Assembly: GCA_964635655.1 (NCBI GenBank)
Contig: CAZWOC010000003.1
Span: forward strand, 13,751-77,750
Reading direction: 5' to 3'
From: an uncultured Rikenella sp.
GTDB taxonomy: Bacteria > Bacteroidota > Bacteroidia > Bacteroidales > VadinHA17
DNA: 64,000 bases
Shown: positions 44,320 through 57,735 of the stretch, piece by piece
How positions within the stretch are numbered: the stretch's first letter is position 1
Layout of the letters: each line of letters opens with the position of its first letter
The notes under the pieces: model-generated
Database searches by the model: none
Told to the model about the DNA's origin: nothing
The model's input: the letters and a program-made list of their open reading frames with translations, nothing else
Position numbers and translations under genes: made by a program

Positions 44320-44897
44320 TCGATTATATAAACGGCACTGTGACCGAACTCAACCCTGCCTTCGCGGTGGTTGAGTGCAACGGCATAGGCTACAGCATAA
44401 ATATCTCCCTTAATACATACGGTGCGCTTGAAAAGGCAACCTCATGCAGGATACTGATCCATGAGTCTATCCGTGAGGATGCATACATCCTTTTCGGTTT
44501 TGCCACCGCTGACGAGCGTGATCTCTTCCGGCAGCTTATTACAGTCAACGGCGTAGGGGCCGGCACTGCAAGGATGATGCTCTCGTCGGTCGCCCCGGGA
44601 GACCTCCGGGAGGCGATAATCAACGGGGATGTAGCCATACTTAAGGGTGTCAAGGGGATAGGTTTAAAGACTGCCCAGAGGATAATTGTCGACCTGAAAG
44701 ATAAAATAGGAAAACATACCGGTACAGGCGAAATTCTTGCATTTTCCGACAATACTGCACGCGAAGAAGCGTTATCTGCTTTAGTGATGCTTGGATTTGC
44801 CAGGAGCAGCGTCTCAAAGGTTATTGATAACATCCTCAGGGAAAACAGGAAACTCCAGGTGGAAGAGATAGTCAGAAAGGCGCTGAAACTGTTATAA
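44316..44897 (+). CDS. ruvA: Holliday junction branch migration complex subunit RuvA
   Basis: [35 protein letters not shown]..., HhH motifs ([26 protein letters not shown]). There is a 4-nt overlap with pdxA. Confidence 0.95.
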   Translation: [193 protein letters not shown]

Positions 44898-44910
44898 ACA
44901 GGGTGCCGGA

Positions 44911-47900
44911 TTGCAGTTTTCTACACATATTGGAGGTCTTTGGATCAGGGTGGGGCTATTTATTCTCCTCTCTGTATTTTCATTTGCCGTAAAGGCACAG
45001 ACAAACCCCGGCGATTCGCTTCTGCGCCTGAACAGTGATCCGGCCTTCCCCTGGGAGGCAAAGAGGTCTTCCCCGCTTTACCTGGACAACCCTTCCAACA
45101 TCACAACCAGGGTCGAATATGACGGCCGCAATAACCAGTACATAATCTATCAGAAAGCGGGCAGTCTTGACTTTCGCAGGCCTGTTTACATGTCTGCCGA
45201 CGAGTATCGCAAATTTGAGTTCAACCAGGCAATGAGTGAGTACTGGGATGCAAGCCTTCGCGGCGATGCTACCGGATACAGGTCGTCACTCATTCCTCAG
45301 ATAGAGGTCGGAGGGGAGACCTTTGACAGGATCTTCGGCAGCAACGTCATAAACATCGTTCCCCAGGGGTCTGCCGAACTTATATTCGGAATAAATATTT
45401 CCCACACTGAGAACCCGACACTTTCGGAAAGACTCCGCACAATACCCACCTTCGACTTCCAGGAGAAAATCCAGATGAATGTCACCGGCACCATAGGCGA
45501 CAAGATGCAGCTGGGGATAAACTACAACACGGAGGCGATGTTCGAATTCGAGAACAGAACGAAACTCGAATACTCCGGCAAGGAAGACGAAATCATCAAG
45601 AAGATCGAGGCAGGCGACGTAACCCTCCCGCTTAACGGCACACTTATCACGGGAAGCTACAGTCTCTTCGGTCTCAAGACAGAGCTGCAGTTCGGCAAGC
45701 TGACGATGACCACAGTCTTCTCGCAGCAGAAGGGTGAGTCATCGGTGGTGGAGGTCAAAGGTGGCTCACAGCTGACAGATTATGAGATCACAGCTGACAG
45801 CTATGAAGCCAACCGGCATTTCTTTCTCTCGCAGCAGTTCAGGGAGAATTTTGACGAAGCCCTCTCAAGCCTTCCCGTGGTGAGCACGGGCCTTAACATT
45901 GAAAAAATAGAGGTCTGGGTCACAAATGAGACCAGCCGTTTTGAGGACGTAAGCAACAGGAACATAGTTGCATTCCTCGATCTTGCAGAAAGTCAGTCAA
46001 ATATATACAATACTGTTCCCGGGTTCCAGGCCATACCTGGTGCACCGGTCAATCCATCGAACAATACAAACGGACTGTATGAACAGCTTAACACCACCTA
46101 CAATGCCGTAAGGAACATTGACCAGGTGGCAGATGCCTTCTCCGGGTTATACCCCGGGTTCCAGATAGGACGTGACTATGAAAAGATAGAAAATGCACGC
46201 AAGCTGACTGAACGGGAATACACGATCAACAGGCAGCTGGGGTATATATCTCTGAACGTAGCGCTGAACAATGATGAAGTGCTTGCAGTAGCTTACGAAT
46301 ACACATACAACGGCCAGGTTTTCAAGGTAGGGGAATTCTCCACTGACGGCATCACCGCGCCTGACGCCCTCATTCTCAAACTTGTCAAGGGAACGACCCT
46401 CAGCCCGCAGATACCCACCTGGAAGCTGATGATGAAGAACGTCTACAACATCGGGTCAGGAAGGATCGAGCAGAAAAACTTCGAGGTCAACATCCTGTAC
46501 CAGGATGACGCATCAGGCAATGCCCTCAACTACCTGCCGGGGACACCACTCGACGGTCAGGTGCTGCTGCAGGCACTCGGGCTTGACCAGCTCAATTCGC
46601 AGCTCGACAGGCAGCCTGACGGGCTGTTCGACTTTGTAGACGGAATAACCGTAATGGCTGAAAAAGGGAGGATAATATTCCCGGTGCTTGAGCCTTTCGG
46701 CCGTCACCTGCTGAAATACATAACTGATCCCGAGCAGATCAGAAAATATGTCTTTACTGAGTTGTATGACTCCACCCAGACTGTTGCAAGACAGATGGCC
46801 GAGAAGAACAAATACATCCTCAGCGGCCAGTTCACCTCTGCTTCAGGTTCAGAAATAAGGCTCAACGTCGCAAACATACCTGCAGGGTCTGTCAAGGTCA
46901 CTGCCGGCGGGGTAACCCTGACGGAAAACGTTGACTACACAGTTGATTACAACATGGGCTCCGTCAAGATAATCAACTCGGCTATAATTGAGTCACAGAC
47001 GCCGGTACAGGTATCACTTGAAAGCAATCAGTTCTTCGGACTGCAGACCAAGACGCTGGTGGGCACCCACCTCAATTACCGTCTCTCTGACAGGTTAAAC
47101 CTTGGAGGCACTGTGCTCAGGCTTACGGAGCGTCCATATACTCAAAAGGTTACATATGGAGACGACCCAATATCAAATACAATTTACGGTTTTGACGCCT
47201 CATACAGGTCAGAGTCACAGCTTCTGACAAACGCTATCGACTGGCTACCCCTGATCGAGACTAACGCTCCCTCATCAATCAACTTCTTCGGCGAGTTCGC
47301 CCACCTTGTGCCCGGGCACAGCAAGGCAATCACTTCTGAGGGTGCGGTTTATATCGATGATTTCGAAGCCAGTGAGATCTCGCTTGACCTGAGGGCTTTC
47401 AATGCATGGTCACTTGCAAGCGTACCGCAGGGCCAGGATGCATTCTTCCCTGAAGCGAGGCTTAGCAAGGACATTCGTTCAGGGTTTAACCGTTCAAGGA
47501 TGGCATGGTATGTAATAGACCCCCTCTTCCTCCGTAACGGCTCCACCACCCCCGGGCATATCCGTTCCAATCCTGACGTCCAGTCGAGCCACTTTGTACG
47601 TGAGATATATGAGACTGAGATTTTCCCGTACAAGGAGTCAGCCAGCGGCATTCCGACCAACATCTCGGTTCTTAACGTTGCTTTTTACCCGGAGGAACGA
47701 GGCCCCTATAACTTTGATGTCTTACCCGGAGCCTATTCAGCCGGGCTCAGTTCAGCCGGGCTGCTGAACTCGCCACGCACGCGCTGGGGAGGGATGATGC
47801 GCGAGCTGCTGACAAATGATTTCGAGTCGGCAAACATACAGTACATCAAATTCTGGGTGATGGATCCCTTCGTCGAAAGCCCCGGTCATGAGGGAGGTGA

Positions 47901-50900
47901 TCTTTATTTTAACCTGGGCAACATCTCTGAGGATATCCTTCGCGATTCGCGAAAGCAGTTTGAGAACGGTCTCCCGACATCACCGCTTGTGCTGAACGTA
48001 GACACCACTGTCTGGGGACGTGTTCCGACTGTTCAGGCTGTAGTGCATGCTTTTGACAACAACATAGACTCACGCCGTTACCAGGATGTGGGCCTTGACG
48101 GGCTTGGCAATGACGATGAGATATCTTTTTTTGACAGTTACCTGCAGGCTGTAGGGGCCGTTGTGAGCCCGGAGGTTCTTGAGAAAATATTTGAAGATCC
48201 GGCAAACGATGACTTCCACTATTTCCGGGGATCCGACTATGACCTGCTCCAGCTGGGCATCCTCGAACGTTACAAGAAATTCAACGGCACAGAGGGTAAC
48301 TCACCGACCTCGGAGATGTCGCCGGAGTCGTATCCGACCAGCGGATCGACCCTGCCTGACATGGAGGACATAAACCGTGACAACACCCTGAGTGAGACTG
48401 AGAGCTATTATCAGTATCATGTGAGCCTGCGGCCTGAAGATATGGTTGTAGGAAAAAATTTCATCGTTGACGAGCTTGAATATACTGCAACCTTCGCCAA
48501 CGGCGAAAAATCGCCGGTAAGATGGTACCAGTTCAAGATTCCTGTCACTGACTATGAAAGGATAGTAGGTTCGATACGTGACTTCAAGTCAATCAGGTTC
48601 CTCCGCATGTTCATGCGCAACTTCGACGAAGATGTTATAATGCGTTTTGCCCGTCTCGAGCTTGTCAGGTCAGAGTGGCGAAAGTACAACCTCACCTTTT
48701 TCGAGGGAGGTGAACGCATAACTGTTCCTGAGGAGGATGACGGCACATTCGAGATCAGTTCGGTAAGCATCGAGGAGAACGCAGGCAAGGAACCTGTAAA
48801 CTATGTTCTGCCGCCCGGATTTGACCGTGTCATCGATCCTGCCAACCCGCAGTTGCGTCAGCTGAACGAGCAGTCTATGGTACTTCGTGTAATCGGGCTT
48901 GGCGACGGTGATGCCAGGGCCACCTATAAAAACGTCACCCTTGACATGCGTCAATACAAGAGCCTGAAGATGGAGGTCCATGCAGAGGCACTCATCGGAG
49001 AGCCGCTTTTGGATGACGAGGTAACTGTATTTGTGAGGCTGGGGTCTGACTACCGTGGCAACTTCTACGAGTATGAGATTCCGCTTAAGCTGACACCATA
49101 CGGCAGGTATAACAATGATTTAGAGGAGCAGAGAGCCATAGTCTGGCCTGAAGGGAACAAGATAGACATCGATCTTTCACAGCTGCTTGACGCGAAGCAG
49201 GCCCGTGATGCGGCCATGCGGGTGCCTGGCTCTGTCGTCAGTGAAGGTGATATATGGTCAGTGCAGTCAGGTATGGCACGTATCTCCATCAGCGGCAGCC
49301 CTAACCTGAGCAATGTCAGGGTGGTGATGGTCGGTGTCAGGAACCCAATCCGCACACGCAGGCCGCAGACTGATGACGGAGCCCCGAAGTCAGCTGAAGT
49401 ATGGGTCAATGAACTTCGTTTGAGTGATTTCCGCGAGGAGGGAGGCTGGGCTGCCAATGCCCAGATGCAAGCCCGGCTGGCTGACCTGGGAACAGTGAAT
49501 ATGGTAGGGCAGACGAGCACCCCGGGGTGGGGAAGCATCGACAAGAACGTCAACCAGCGCAGCATGGAGCAGGTGATACAGTACGACCTCTCATCAAACC
49601 TGGAGCTGGGCAAATTCTTTCCCGAGAAGGCCGGTATCCGTATCCCTGTTTACATGGGCTTCTCGGAAAACCGCATCAGACCCCAGTATGATCCGCTTGA
49701 CCCCGACATACTGCTTAATGATGCCCTTGACAACATGGAGACGAAGGCTGAGCGTGACAGCATCCTTAACCTGTCTGAAGAATACTCACGCCGCCGGACC
49801 CTGACTGTCAGCAACGCCGGTACCACAAGGAGGGGCGAAAAGCCCCATGCCTGGGATCCGGCAAACGTGACTGTGAGCTATGCGTTCAACGAGGTCTACA
49901 ATACAGATCCTCGTACTGAGGTTGATGTTGAACGTACCTATAGGGGAGGTGTCGCATATGATTTTGAAGCCAGGCCCAAAAACTTTACCCCCTTCCAAAA
50001 GACACAGCTCTTCAGTTCTCCGGCCTTCAGGCTGATAAAGGATTTTAATATCTACCTGTTCCCGAAGCATATAACTGTGCGGACTGATCTTTACAGGTAC
50101 TACAATGAGGTCAAGACCCGCAACATCAGCAATCCGAACCTGCTCATTCAGCCGGTCTTTACAAAGGATTTCCAGTGGACCCGCTTCTATGACGTCAAGT
50201 ATGACATCACCAAGCAACTCAAGGTAGACTTCACAGCCAGCAGTATTGCGCGCATTGACGAGCCTGCAGGTGGTGTTGACCGCAGGCGTTACCCTGAGTT
50301 GTTCGACGCCTGGCGTGACTCGGTGATGACCAATCTGAGCAACCTCGGGCGCACCACCAACTATTACCACCTGCTGAATTTCAACTACAATATCCCTGTC
50401 AACAAGCTGCCGCTGCTGTCATGGGTGACTTCCAACGCCCGTTACGGAGCGAGGTACGACTGGCTGGCCGGCACAATTTTCCCTGATTCGATGAATATAA
50501 ATCCGGGGAACACAATCAAGAACTCCAATAATGGTCAGTTCACTGTGCAGGCTAACTTTACCAACCTTTACAACAAGGTTAAGTTCCTCAAGGAAGTCGA
50601 GGCTTCCACGCAGCCCGGTGCACAGAGGCGCATGAGCCTGGGCTACGAAGAGGTGACGCACAGCCGCAGGGGTCTGGCACTCAGGGCAGGCAAGCCGCGG
50701 ATAATCAATCATAACCTGAAGACCAAAGACGTGACTGTCACTGCAACCGCTCCTGACGGCACCGCTGTCAACGGTAAAGTTGAGGTCGTCTCTGACATGC
50801 GGATAGACTTCATTCCCGACAGGGATGTGACTAATGCAAGTGTCGACATCAAAGGCCGGGTGGAGAAAAAACCGGGTATTGCCAGTGTTGCGGGTAAGTA

Positions 50901-52317
50901 CCTTGTGCGGGGCCTGATGGCTCTGCGCAATGTCTCGGCCACATATACTGTTGAGCAGGGGCACATCCTCCCGGGTTACCTTCCCGGCTCGTCATTTCTC
51001 GGCCAGCAGAACTACGGCGGAATGGCCTCTCCCGGATGGCGCTTCCTGATGGGGCTCACTGACGAACGATTCTTTGACGAGGCTGTAATGAACGGATGGA
51101 TCACCACCGATACGCTCCTGAATAATGCAGCCGCCTTCAGCAAGCGCGAGCAGATCAACATGAGGGCCAATGTCGAACCATTCCCGGGCTTGCGACTGGA
51201 CATCACAGCTGACCGCCGCTACTCGGAGACACTCTCGTCATACCTGAGGGCTGACCGTAACGGTAACTTCCCTGACAGTACAAGGAACACCCGTATGACC
51301 GGCAACTTCACTATTTCCGTAGTCTCATGGGGCACAGCCTTTGAAAAGATTCCCAAATCAGGCGACTATGTATCAGGTACTTTCGAACGTTTCCGTGACT
51401 ATACAGCCATCATCTCACAGCGGAGGGCTGAAGACCGGGTACAGGTCGATGCTTCATATGACCCTGATTATGATCCTGTCACCGGGGAACAGATCTCCGG
51501 ACCATATGCCAGCGGTTACGGCATCACCTCAGGCGAGGTACTCGTCCCTGCATTCCTGGCTGCTTACTCGAGAAGAGACCCGGAAAAGATCTCACTGTCA
51601 CCATTCCCGTCAATGCTTCACATGATGCCCAACTGGAGGATCAACTTCGAGGGTCTGACAAAGTTCGAGGCCGTAAGGAAGGTGTTCAACTCGGTAAGCC
51701 TCTCTCACCAGTACAGGTCCACATACACAATCGGTTCGTTCAACACAAGTCTATACTATGATCCCGATGAATCGGGAATCAGCCGTATCCGTGACCTCAA
51801 ATCGAATTTCATTCCGCAGTACGAGATAAACACTGTAACAATAAACGAGCAATTCAGCCCCTTCCTGAATATCGACCTTGGATGGAAGAACTCACTTACC
51901 ACCAGGATAGAGTACCGCAAGTCGCGGACTGTGACCCTGAATCTTACGAGCAACCAGGTGGCCGATATCAGGAATGACGAGATCACGATCGGTGCAGGTT
52001 ACCGTTTTGACGACGTTGCAATCACGCTCCGTTCACGTACCGGTCAGCGGGCACTGGAAAGCGATCTGAACCTGAAGCTTGATTTTTCGATCAGGGACAA
52101 CAAGACACTGGCTCGCAAGCTTATAGAGAGCGTGAACCAGCCGGTAGCCGGTCAGCGGGTATTTACAATTGGCGCCACAGCTGACTACGTGCTCAGTGAC
52201 AGGTTCAACCTGCAGATCTATGCTGATCATACAATGAATGACCCGTTTGTTGCAAACACCTTTCTCACGTCAAATACAAACTTCGGTTTCAGCCTCAGGT
52301 TTACGCTTGTGCAGTAA
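44911..52317 (+). CDS. sprA: cell-surface protein SprA (Sov), the T9SS outer-membrane translocon
   Basis: 2,468 aa with a signal peptide (...FSFAVKAQ). The size, beta-rich composition and the ruvA-sprA-gcvH neighbourhood are as in other Bacteroidota. The track start at 44911 is TTG, so the exact start is uncertain. Confidence 0.85.
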   Translation: MQFSTHIGGLWIRVGLFILLSVFSFAVKAQTNPGDSLLRLNSDPAFPWEAKRSSPLYLDNPSNITTRVEYDGRNNQYIIYQKAGSLDFRRPVYMSADEYRKFEFNQAMSEYWDASLRGDATGYRSSLIPQIEVGGETFDRIFGSNVINIVPQGSAELIFGINISHTENPTLSERLRTIPTFDFQEKIQMNVTGTIGDKMQLGINYNTEAMFEFENRTKLEYSGKEDEIIKKIEAGDVTLPLNGTLITGSYSLFGLKTELQFGKLTMTTVFSQQKGESSVVEVKGGSQLTDYEITADSYEANRHFFLSQQFRENFDEALSSLPVVSTGLNIEKIEVWVTNETSRFEDVSNRNIVAFLDLAESQSNIYNTVPGFQAIPGAPVNPSNNTNGLYEQLNTTYNAVRNIDQVADAFSGLYPGFQIGRDYEKIENARKLTEREYTINRQLGYISLNVALNNDEVLAVAYEYTYNGQVFKVGEFSTDGITAPDALILKLVKGTTLSPQIPTWKLMMKNVYNIGSGRIEQKNFEVNILYQDDASGNALNYLPGTPLDGQVLLQALGLDQLNSQLDRQPDGLFDFVDGITVMAEKGRIIFPVLEPFGRHLLKYITDPEQIRKYVFTELYDSTQTVARQMAEKNKYILSGQFTSASGSEIRLNVANIPAGSVKVTAGGVTLTENVDYTVDYNMGSVKIINSAIIESQTPVQVSLESNQFFGLQTKTLVGTHLNYRLSDRLNLGGTVLRLTERPYTQKVTYGDDPISNTIYGFDASYRSESQLLTNAIDWLPLIETNAPSSINFFGEFAHLVPGHSKAITSEGAVYIDDFEASEISLDLRAFNAWSLASVPQGQDAFFPEARLSKDIRSGFNRSRMAWYVIDPLFLRNGSTTPGHIRSNPDVQSSHFVREIYETEIFPYKESASGIPTNISVLNVAFYPEERGPYNFDVLPGAYSAGLSSAGLLNSPRTRWGGMMRELLTNDFESANIQYIKFWVMDPFVESPGHEGGDLYFNLGNISEDILRDSRKQFENGLPTSPLVLNVDTTVWGRVPTVQAVVHAFDNNIDSRRYQDVGLDGLGNDDEISFFDSYLQAVGAVVSPEVLEKIFEDPANDDFHYFRGSDYDLLQLGILERYKKFNGTEGNSPTSEMSPESYPTSGSTLPDMEDINRDNTLSETESYYQYHVSLRPEDMVVGKNFIVDELEYTATFANGEKSPVRWYQFKIPVTDYERIVGSIRDFKSIRFLRMFMRNFDEDVIMRFARLELVRSEWRKYNLTFFEGGERITVPEEDDGTFEISSVSIEENAGKEPVNYVLPPGFDRVIDPANPQLRQLNEQSMVLRVIGLGDGDARATYKNVTLDMRQYKSLKMEVHAEALIGEPLLDDEVTVFVRLGSDYRGNFYEYEIPLKLTPYGRYNNDLEEQRAIVWPEGNKIDIDLSQLLDAKQARDAAMRVPGSVVSEGDIWSVQSGMARISISGSPNLSNVRVVMVGVRNPIRTRRPQTDDGAPKSAEVWVNELRLSDFREEGGWAANAQMQARLADLGTVNMVGQTSTPGWGSIDKNVNQRSMEQVIQYDLSSNLELGKFFPEKAGIRIPVYMGFSENRIRPQYDPLDPDILLNDALDNMETKAERDSILNLSEEYSRRRTLTVSNAGTTRRGEKPHAWDPANVTVSYAFNEVYNTDPRTEVDVERTYRGGVAYDFEARPKNFTPFQKTQLFSSPAFRLIKDFNIYLFPKHITVRTDLYRYYNEVKTRNISNPNLLIQPVFTKDFQWTRFYDVKYDITKQLKVDFTASSIARIDEPAGGVDRRRYPELFDAWRDSVMTNLSNLGRTTNYYHLLNFNYNIPVNKLPLLSWVTSNARYGARYDWLAGTIFPDSMNINPGNTIKNSNNGQFTVQANFTNLYNKVKFLKEVEASTQPGAQRRMSLGYEEVTHSRRGLALRAGKPRIINHNLKTKDVTVTATAPDGTAVNGKVEVVSDMRIDFIPDRDVTNASVDIKGRVEKKPGIASVAGKYLVRGLMALRNVSATYTVEQGHILPGYLPGSSFLGQQNYGGMASPGWRFLMGLTDERFFDEAVMNGWITTDTLLNNAAAFSKREQINMRANVEPFPGLRLDITADRRYSETLSSYLRADRNGNFPDSTRNTRMTGNFTISVVSWGTAFEKIPKSGDYVSGTFERFRDYTAIISQRRAEDRVQVDASYDPDYDPVTGEQISGPYASGYGITSGEVLVPAFLAAYSRRDPEKISLSPFPSMLHMMPNWRINFEGLTKFEAVRKVFNSVSLSHQYRSTYTIGSFNTSLYYDPDESGISRIRDLKSNFIPQYEINTVTINEQFSPFLNIDLGWKNSLTTRIEYRKSRTVTLNLTSNQVADIRNDEITIGAGYRFDDVAITLRSRTGQRALESDLNLKLDFSIRDNKTLARKLIESVNQPVAGQRVFTIGATADYVLSDRFNLQIYADHTMNDPFVANTFLTSNTNFGFSLRFTLVQ

Positions 52318-52375
52318 CAACCGGGGTATCGGGGGAAAAAAAACAAATGTCAGGGTTTAAATATCAAAAAAGATG

Positions 52376-52383
52376 TATTTTTG
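52376..52383 (+). promoter_or_regulatory. Bacteroidota -7 promoter box TATTTTTG for gcvH
   Basis: Exact TAnnTTTG match, 48 nt upstream of the ATG at 52431. Confidence 0.4.
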
Positions 52384-52430
52384 ACAACCTGATACCTGAA
52401 GATCAAAGTCTAACAAAAAAATATCAAACA

Positions 52431-52811
52431 ATGAATGTCCCGACAAACCTGAAGTACACAAAGGATCATGAGTGGGTTCTTATCAAAGGCAACGAAGCAA
52501 CCGTAGGCATAACCGATTTTGCACAGCATGAGCTGGGTGATATAGTATTCATAGAGATCGAGACTGTGGGTGAGGAGCTTGGCCACGGTGAAGTCTTCGG
52601 TACCGTCGAGGCAGTCAAGACCGTATCTGATCTGTTCATGCCACTCAGCGGGACTGTGAAGGAGAAGAACGAAGAACTTGAAACAGCTGCCGAGCTTGTC
52701 AACAGCGATCCTTACGGCAAGGGCTGGATGATCAAGGTTGAACTTTCTGATCTTTCTGAGGCAGAAGATCTTCTTGATGCTGAAGCTTACAAAAAGCTCA
52801 TCGGCGCATAG
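52431..52811 (+). CDS. gcvH: glycine cleavage system protein H
   Basis: From the ATG at 52431: [16 protein letters not shown]...[17 protein letters not shown]... The lipoyl-lysine motif is [10 protein letters not shown]. Confidence 0.95.
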   Translation: MNVPTNLKYTKDHEWVLIKGNEATVGITDFAQHELGDIVFIEIETVGEELGHGEVFGTVEAVKTVSDLFMPLSGTVKEKNEELETAAELVNSDPYGKGWMIKVELSDLSEAEDLLDAEAYKKLIGA

Positions 52812-52833
52812 CTTTCAGATAAAGAAATAAAAG

Positions 52834-52870
52834 AGGGTGTCTCATTCTGCAATAGGACACCCTTTTTCTT
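52834..52870. terminator. bidirectional rho-independent terminator between convergent gcvH and infB
   Basis: 8-bp stem agggtgtc / gacaccct. It is followed by TTTTTCTT on the plus strand and CTTTTATTTCTTT on the minus strand. A second, weaker plus-strand hairpin (aaagctgc/gcagcttt + TTATTATGGTTTTT) follows at 52872-52905. Confidence 0.75.
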
Positions 52871-52906
52871 TAAAGCTGCGGTAGAGCAGCTTTTATTATG
52901 GTTTTT

Positions 52907-55897
52907 CTAAAGGGTCTTCTTGACCTGTACTGTCTGGTAGCCTTCAATCACGTCACCGACATTAATGTCGTTAAAGTTATCGATGTTGAGTCCGCACTCA
53001 TAACCTGAAGTAACTTCCCTGACATCATCCTTGAAACGTTTCAGTGATCCGAGGTCGCCTGTATGGATGACTATGCCGTCACGTATAACCCTGACTTTGG
53101 TATTGCGGGTTATCTTGCCGTCACGCACGAAGCAGCCGGCAACTGTTCCGACTTTTCCGATCCTGAATGTTTCGCGGACTTCCACTGTGGCAACGATCTC
53201 TTCCTTGATCTCGGGAGAAAGCATCCCTTCCATGGCAGCTCTGATCTCCTCAATAGCATCATAGATGATTGAATAGAGGCGTATGTCAATACCTTCCTTC
53301 TCTGCAAGTTTCCTTGCGCTGAACGAAGGTCTCACCTGGAAGCCCACAACCACTGCGTTGGAAGCAGCAGCAAGAAGGATATCGGATTCTGAAATCTGCC
53401 CCACGGCCTTGTGGATAATGTTGACCTGGATCTCTTCAGTGGATAGTTTGATGAGTGAATCACTGAGAGCCTCAACTGATCCGTCAACGTCGCCCTTGAC
53501 AATTATATTGAGTTCCTGGAAGTTGCCGATTGCAATACGGCGGCCGATTTCATCGAGTGTGATGTGTTTCTGTGTACGCAGACCCTGTTCCCTCTGAAGC
53601 TGTGCGCGCTTTGTTGCGATGTCCTTGGCCTCCTTGTCAGACTCCATTACATTGAACTTGTCACCAGCCTGTGGTGCACCGTTGAGACCCAGTATAAGCA
53701 CCGGCATTGACGGGCCGGCCTCGGTGATCTTCTGGTTGCGTTCGTTGTACATGGCCTTGATGTGGCCGAAGCAGCTTCCTGCGATTACAACGTCACCGAC
53801 ATGGAGTGTGCCCGCCTTGACAAGCACTGTTGCAACGAAACCACGGCCCTTGTCGAGTGAAGACTCAAGGACTGCGCCTATTGCATGCTTGTCGGGGTTT
53901 GCCTTAAGTTCAAGCATTTCAGCCTGAAGGAGGATCTTTTCAAGAAGCAGGTCTATATTGGTGCCGCTCTTTGCGGAGATCTCCTGTGACTGGTATTTGC
54001 CGCCCCATTCTTCAACAAGGAAATTCATGTTGGCAAGTTCCTCACGAATCCTGTCGGGATTTGCTGTGGGTTTGTCTATCTTGTTTATTGCAAAGATTAT
54101 TGGTACGCCTGCAGCGTGGGCGTGATTGATTGCCTCGCGTGTCTGCGGCATCACCCCGTCATCAGCTGCAACTACGATGATAACAATATCCGTTATCTGG
54201 GCACCGCGGGCACGCATGGCTGTAAACGCCTCGTGGCCGGGGGTGTCAAGGAAGGTGATTATCTTGTCTCCCTCAAGGGTGACAGTGTATGCACCAATAT
54301 GCTGTGTTATGCCGCCAGCCTCGCCAGCAACCACGTTTGTGTTGCGGATATGGTCAAGCAGCTTTGTTTTACCGTGGTCAACGTGTCCCATTACAGTAAC
54401 GATGGGAGGACGGGGCTGAAGGTTTGTATCATCGTCTGCCTCTTCCTTCACTGCCTCCTGCAGTTCAGCGCTGACGAACTCAACCGTGAATCCGAACTCT
54501 TCGGCCACAAGAGCCATTGTTTCGGCGTCAAGCCGCTGGTTGATTGAAACGATCAGACCGAGGCTCATACATGTGGAAATGATTTCAATCACAGGTACAT
54601 CCATCATTGTCGCCATTTCGTTCACAGAGACAAACTCGGTGACCTTGAGAACGCTCTTTTCGAGTTCCTTCTTTTCGGTCTCGTCTCTCATCCTCTGGCT
54701 GACGGCATCGCGTTTGTCGCGGCGGTATTTGGCCACCTTTGACTTGCCTTTGCTCATCAGCAGGTTGACGTCCCTGATGTTCTTGTCAACGTCTTCCTTG
54801 TCTACCTCTGGTCTGAGTGCACGGAATGATTTCTTCCTGTCACCACCGCGGTGGTCCTTCGGTGGCGGTCCTTTTTTATCTTTCCTTGCATCCTGAGCAG
54901 GCTGGGGAGCGACGGGAGTGTCAAGAGCCACTTTTTCGCGGGGTTTGGGTTTGATCCTCTCCCTCTTCTTGTCATGCCTGTGCTTGTCAGCACCTGCCTG
55001 ATCACGGCTCTTTCTGACTTCCGGTACCAGGACTATCTTGTCAACGATCTTCGGGCCTGCAAGTTTCTCGTAGCCAGGACGGAAGATTTCTGTTTCTTTT
55101 GGTTCGGGTGCAGGTGCGGGTACAGGTTCCACGACTGCCTTAACAGGTTCAGGCTCAGGCTGAGGTGCAGCAGGTTCCTGTTTTTTGGCCTCGGCAGCAG
55201 GTGCTGTGTGCTTTTCTCCGGCCTTTTTGAATGACTTCTCCGGTCTGGCCAGTTTTTCAAGGTCGACTTTTCCGACAACTTTAGGTTGTCTTGACTCTGC
55301 AGGCGTAACGGGCTCTGCAGTTGCTGCAGGTGCTGAAGCAACTGCAGGCTCAGCAGCTGAAGCAGCTGAAGCAGCGGGTTCGGCTGGCGCGGGAGGTGCA
55401 ACAATTGCTGCAGGTGCAGCAGGTGCAGCAGGTGCAGCGGTAGCTGCCGGGGCTTTTTCGGCAGTCGCCTCAGGCTCCTTCTTAACCGGTTTGGCCGGAG
55501 GAGTAAGATCAACCTTGCCAACAGTCCTGATCTCAGGCTTGCGTATTTCAGTCCGGAGATCAATATGCTTCTTAACGCCTGAAATGTCCGTTATGAGGAA
55601 ATCCTCGTCGGGTTCACCGTTTTCACCCTCTCTGCCTGACTCCATATCGTCAATGGAGAGCGACTTTTTTGGGGTGATCTTTTCCTTGAGAGCCAGTTTC
55701 TCGGCATCCTTTTTGACACTGAGGTCGCTGCTGTATTCCTTGACTATCAGAGCGTATGCCTCAGGTGGAATCTTTCCGTTGGGATCATGGGAGATGTCAA
55801 TCCCTTTCTTGTGAAGGAATTCGACAATCGTCTGGATCCCGACGTTAAATTCGCGGGCTGCCTTGCTTAAACGTATGGCTTTCTTGTCTTCAGTCAT
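52907..55897 (-). CDS. infB: translation initiation factor IF-2
   Basis: GTPase motifs [20 protein letters not shown]. Ala/Pro/Glu-rich low-complexity N-terminal region. Downstream of nusA. Confidence 0.97.
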   Translation of the reverse strand: MTEDKKAIRLSKAAREFNVGIQTIVEFLHKKGIDISHDPNGKIPPEAYALIVKEYSSDLSVKKDAEKLALKEKITPKKSLSIDDMESGREGENGEPDEDFLITDISGVKKHIDLRTEIRKPEIRTVGKVDLTPPAKPVKKEPEATAEKAPAATAAPAAPAAPAAIVAPPAPAEPAASAASAAEPAVASAPAATAEPVTPAESRQPKVVGKVDLEKLARPEKSFKKAGEKHTAPAAEAKKQEPAAPQPEPEPVKAVVEPVPAPAPEPKETEIFRPGYEKLAGPKIVDKIVLVPEVRKSRDQAGADKHRHDKKRERIKPKPREKVALDTPVAPQPAQDARKDKKGPPPKDHRGGDRKKSFRALRPEVDKEDVDKNIRDVNLLMSKGKSKVAKYRRDKRDAVSQRMRDETEKKELEKSVLKVTEFVSVNEMATMMDVPVIEIISTCMSLGLIVSINQRLDAETMALVAEEFGFTVEFVSAELQEAVKEEADDDTNLQPRPPIVTVMGHVDHGKTKLLDHIRNTNVVAGEAGGITQHIGAYTVTLEGDKIITFLDTPGHEAFTAMRARGAQITDIVIIVVAADDGVMPQTREAINHAHAAGVPIIFAINKIDKPTANPDRIREELANMNFLVEEWGGKYQSQEISAKSGTNIDLLLEKILLQAEMLELKANPDKHAIGAVLESSLDKGRGFVATVLVKAGTLHVGDVVIAGSCFGHIKAMYNERNQKITEAGPSMPVLILGLNGAPQAGDKFNVMESDKEAKDIATKRAQLQREQGLRTQKHITLDEIGRRIAIGNFQELNIIVKGDVDGSVEALSDSLIKLSTEEIQVNIIHKAVGQISESDILLAAASNAVVVGFQVRPSFSARKLAEKEGIDIRLYSIIYDAIEEIRAAMEGMLSPEIKEEIVATVEVRETFRIGKVGTVAGCFVRDGKITRNTKVRVIRDGIVIHTGDLGSLKRFKDDVREVTSGYECGLNIDNFNDINVGDVIEGYQTVQVKKTL

Positions 55898-55955
55898 ATA
55901 TCCCTTTATAGTAACCTCTTTAGTATGTTTTAATTTGCAGCCTTATGGCAGCAGG

Positions 55956-57200
55956 TTATTCCTTTTCAAATTCTGACTTGAGAATATTGACAACCTCCTT
56001 GATAGTCTCTTCCTCAAGATCTGTCCTTTTGACAAGGTCATGAACAGTAAGCCTCAGCACACTGCGTGCAGTGTCACAACCGATAGCCTTCAGCTCGTCT
56101 ATTATCCATCCTTCTATCTCATCTGCAAACTCATCAAGGTTTACATCTTCCTCGTCCTCGTTATCCGGTTCGCGGTATACCTCAATGTCATAGCCGGTGA
56201 GCTGCCCGGCCAGCTTGATGTTCAGGCCGCCCTTGCCGATTGCCAGCGAGACTTCGCTCGGTTTGAGATAGATCTCTGCCTTCTTTTCAGACTCCACCAG
56301 TTTGATTGATGAAATTTTAGCAGGGTTGAGCGCCCTTGTAATGAACAGCTGTATGTTCGAAGTGTAGTTGATAACGTCTATGTTCTCGTTGCGCAGCTCG
56401 CGGACTATACCGTGGATCCTTGATCCCTTCATACCCACGCAGGCGCCGACAGGGTCAATGCGTTCGTCGTATGACTCAACTGCAACCTTGGCTCTCTCGC
56501 CGGGAACCCGCACAATCTTGCGGATTGTTATAAGGCCGTCAAAGATCTCAGGCACTTCGAGTTCGAAGAGTCTCTCAAGGAACACAGGAGAGGTACGGCT
56601 GAGAATAATGTTGGGTGTGTTGTTTTTCATCTCAACCCTGATTACGACGGCACGGATTGTGTCACCCTTGCGGAAGTGGTCCGAGGGGATCTGTTCAGGC
56701 TTGGGAAGGATCAGCTCGTTGCCGTCGTCGTCAAGGACGAGGGTCTCGCGCTTCCAGACCTGGTAGACTTCACCGGTGACTATATCACCAATACGGTCCT
56801 TGTATTTCAGATAAATATTGTTCTTTTCAAGGTCGAGGATGCGAGCCACGAGGTTCTGCCTGAGAGCAAGTATCGCCCTGCGGCCGAAATCAAGGAATTT
56901 GACCTCGTCAGACACCTCTTCTCCCACCTCGTAATCCTCGTCGATCTTGTGGGCATCGGTGAGGGGTATCTGGGTGTTTTCATCCGTAAAGTTCTCGTCC
57001 TCTACCACTTCGCGGTTACGCCAGATCTCAAAGTCGCCCTTGTCAATATTCACGATTATGTCAAAGTTGTCTGCCGTGCCGTACTTCTTGACAAGCATGC
57101 CCCTGAACACATCCTCGAGCACACTCATCATTGTGGGCCTGTCAATATTCTTCAGCTCCTTGAACTCCGAAAAAGTATCTATGAGATTTACATTTTCCAT
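55956..57200 (-). CDS. nusA: transcription termination/antitermination factor NusA
   Basis: S1 and KH domain pattern (GDIVTGEVYQV...; ACVGMKGSRI; AIGKGGLNIKLA). Conserved rimP-nusA-infB order. Confidence 0.95.
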   Translation of the reverse strand: MENVNLIDTFSEFKELKNIDRPTMMSVLEDVFRGMLVKKYGTADNFDIIVNIDKGDFEIWRNREVVEDENFTDENTQIPLTDAHKIDEDYEVGEEVSDEVKFLDFGRRAILALRQNLVARILDLEKNNIYLKYKDRIGDIVTGEVYQVWKRETLVLDDDGNELILPKPEQIPSDHFRKGDTIRAVVIRVEMKNNTPNIILSRTSPVFLERLFELEVPEIFDGLITIRKIVRVPGERAKVAVESYDERIDPVGACVGMKGSRIHGIVRELRNENIDVINYTSNIQLFITRALNPAKISSIKLVESEKKAEIYLKPSEVSLAIGKGGLNIKLAGQLTGYDIEVYREPDNEDEEDVNLDEFADEIEGWIIDELKAIGCDTARSVLRLTVHDLVKRTDLEEETIKEVVNILKSEFEKE

Positions 57201-57216
57201 TGTGTAATCTATACTT

Positions 57217-57666
57217 TTATTTGAATGATATAATTACTTTAACTGACTTAACGTCCTCGAAATTAAATGATCTGACAGCGGTGACAGTCTCCTTTTTAAC
57301 CTTTGTCTCAGTCCTGAGATCGAACCCGCCGGCGGTAATGTTTATCATTATCCCTTTGAAGCGTTCTCCCTCATTGGTGACCACGTCAACCATCCTCCCC
57401 TCGTTTTTCCTGAACTGTTCAGGTATGAGCAGGGGCATGTCGAGTCCGGGTGATGAGACATTCAGTTCATAGTCTCCGGCTTCCTCCCCGAGGTCATTGC
57501 TTATCTGCCTGCTCAGCATGGCGCAATCTTCAATCCGTACCCCCTCGGTTCTGTCGATGAGCACTGTAATGCGGCCGGTACTGCTCAGCCTGACATCGAC
57601 GAGAAAGATGCCGGTGCCGCTTATGTGCTGCTCCGCAAGTTTCCTGATATGGTCCTTTGTAATCAT
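57217..57666 (-). CDS. rimP: ribosome maturation factor RimP
   Basis: 149 aa. GIFLVDVRL...ITVLID...GVRIEDCAMLSRQI...YELNVSSPGLDMPL is typical of RimP. It lies immediately upstream of nusA. Confidence 0.9.
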   Translation of the reverse strand: MITKDHIRKLAEQHISGTGIFLVDVRLSSTGRITVLIDRTEGVRIEDCAMLSRQISNDLGEEAGDYELNVSSPGLDMPLLIPEQFRKNEGRMVDVVTNEGERFKGIMINITAGGFDLRTETKVKKETVTAVRSFNFEDVKSVKVIISFK

Positions 57667-57671
57667 AGTCT

Positions 57672-57708
57672 GTTTTTTGATAACAAAATAGGGGACTTTT
57701 GTCCCCTA
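57672..57708 (-). terminator. intrinsic-terminator-like hairpin inside the rimP-nusA-infB leader (possible attenuator)
   Basis: On the minus strand: 8-bp stem TAGGGGAC / GTCCCCTA, 4-nt loop (AAAA), immediately followed by TTTTGTTATC. It sits between the predicted -7 box (57736-57743) and the rimP ATG (57666). Confidence 0.5.
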
Positions 57709-57735
57709 GGCCATTCGTACCCTTCTGTTCGGGTG

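Noticed and set aside
44911-52317. SprA as part of a novel system
   Set aside because: It is a recognisable core T9SS translocon in its usual ruvA-sprA-gcvH neighbourhood. It is relevant only as context for the giant protein's lack of a T9SS sorting domain.
55000-55560. Ala/Pro/Glu-rich low-complexity region and the long overlapping ORFs (55033-55563 minus, 55185-55814 plus) in infB
   Set aside because: The variable low-complexity N-terminal region is typical of IF-2. The overlapping ORFs are compositional artefacts of the same repeat.
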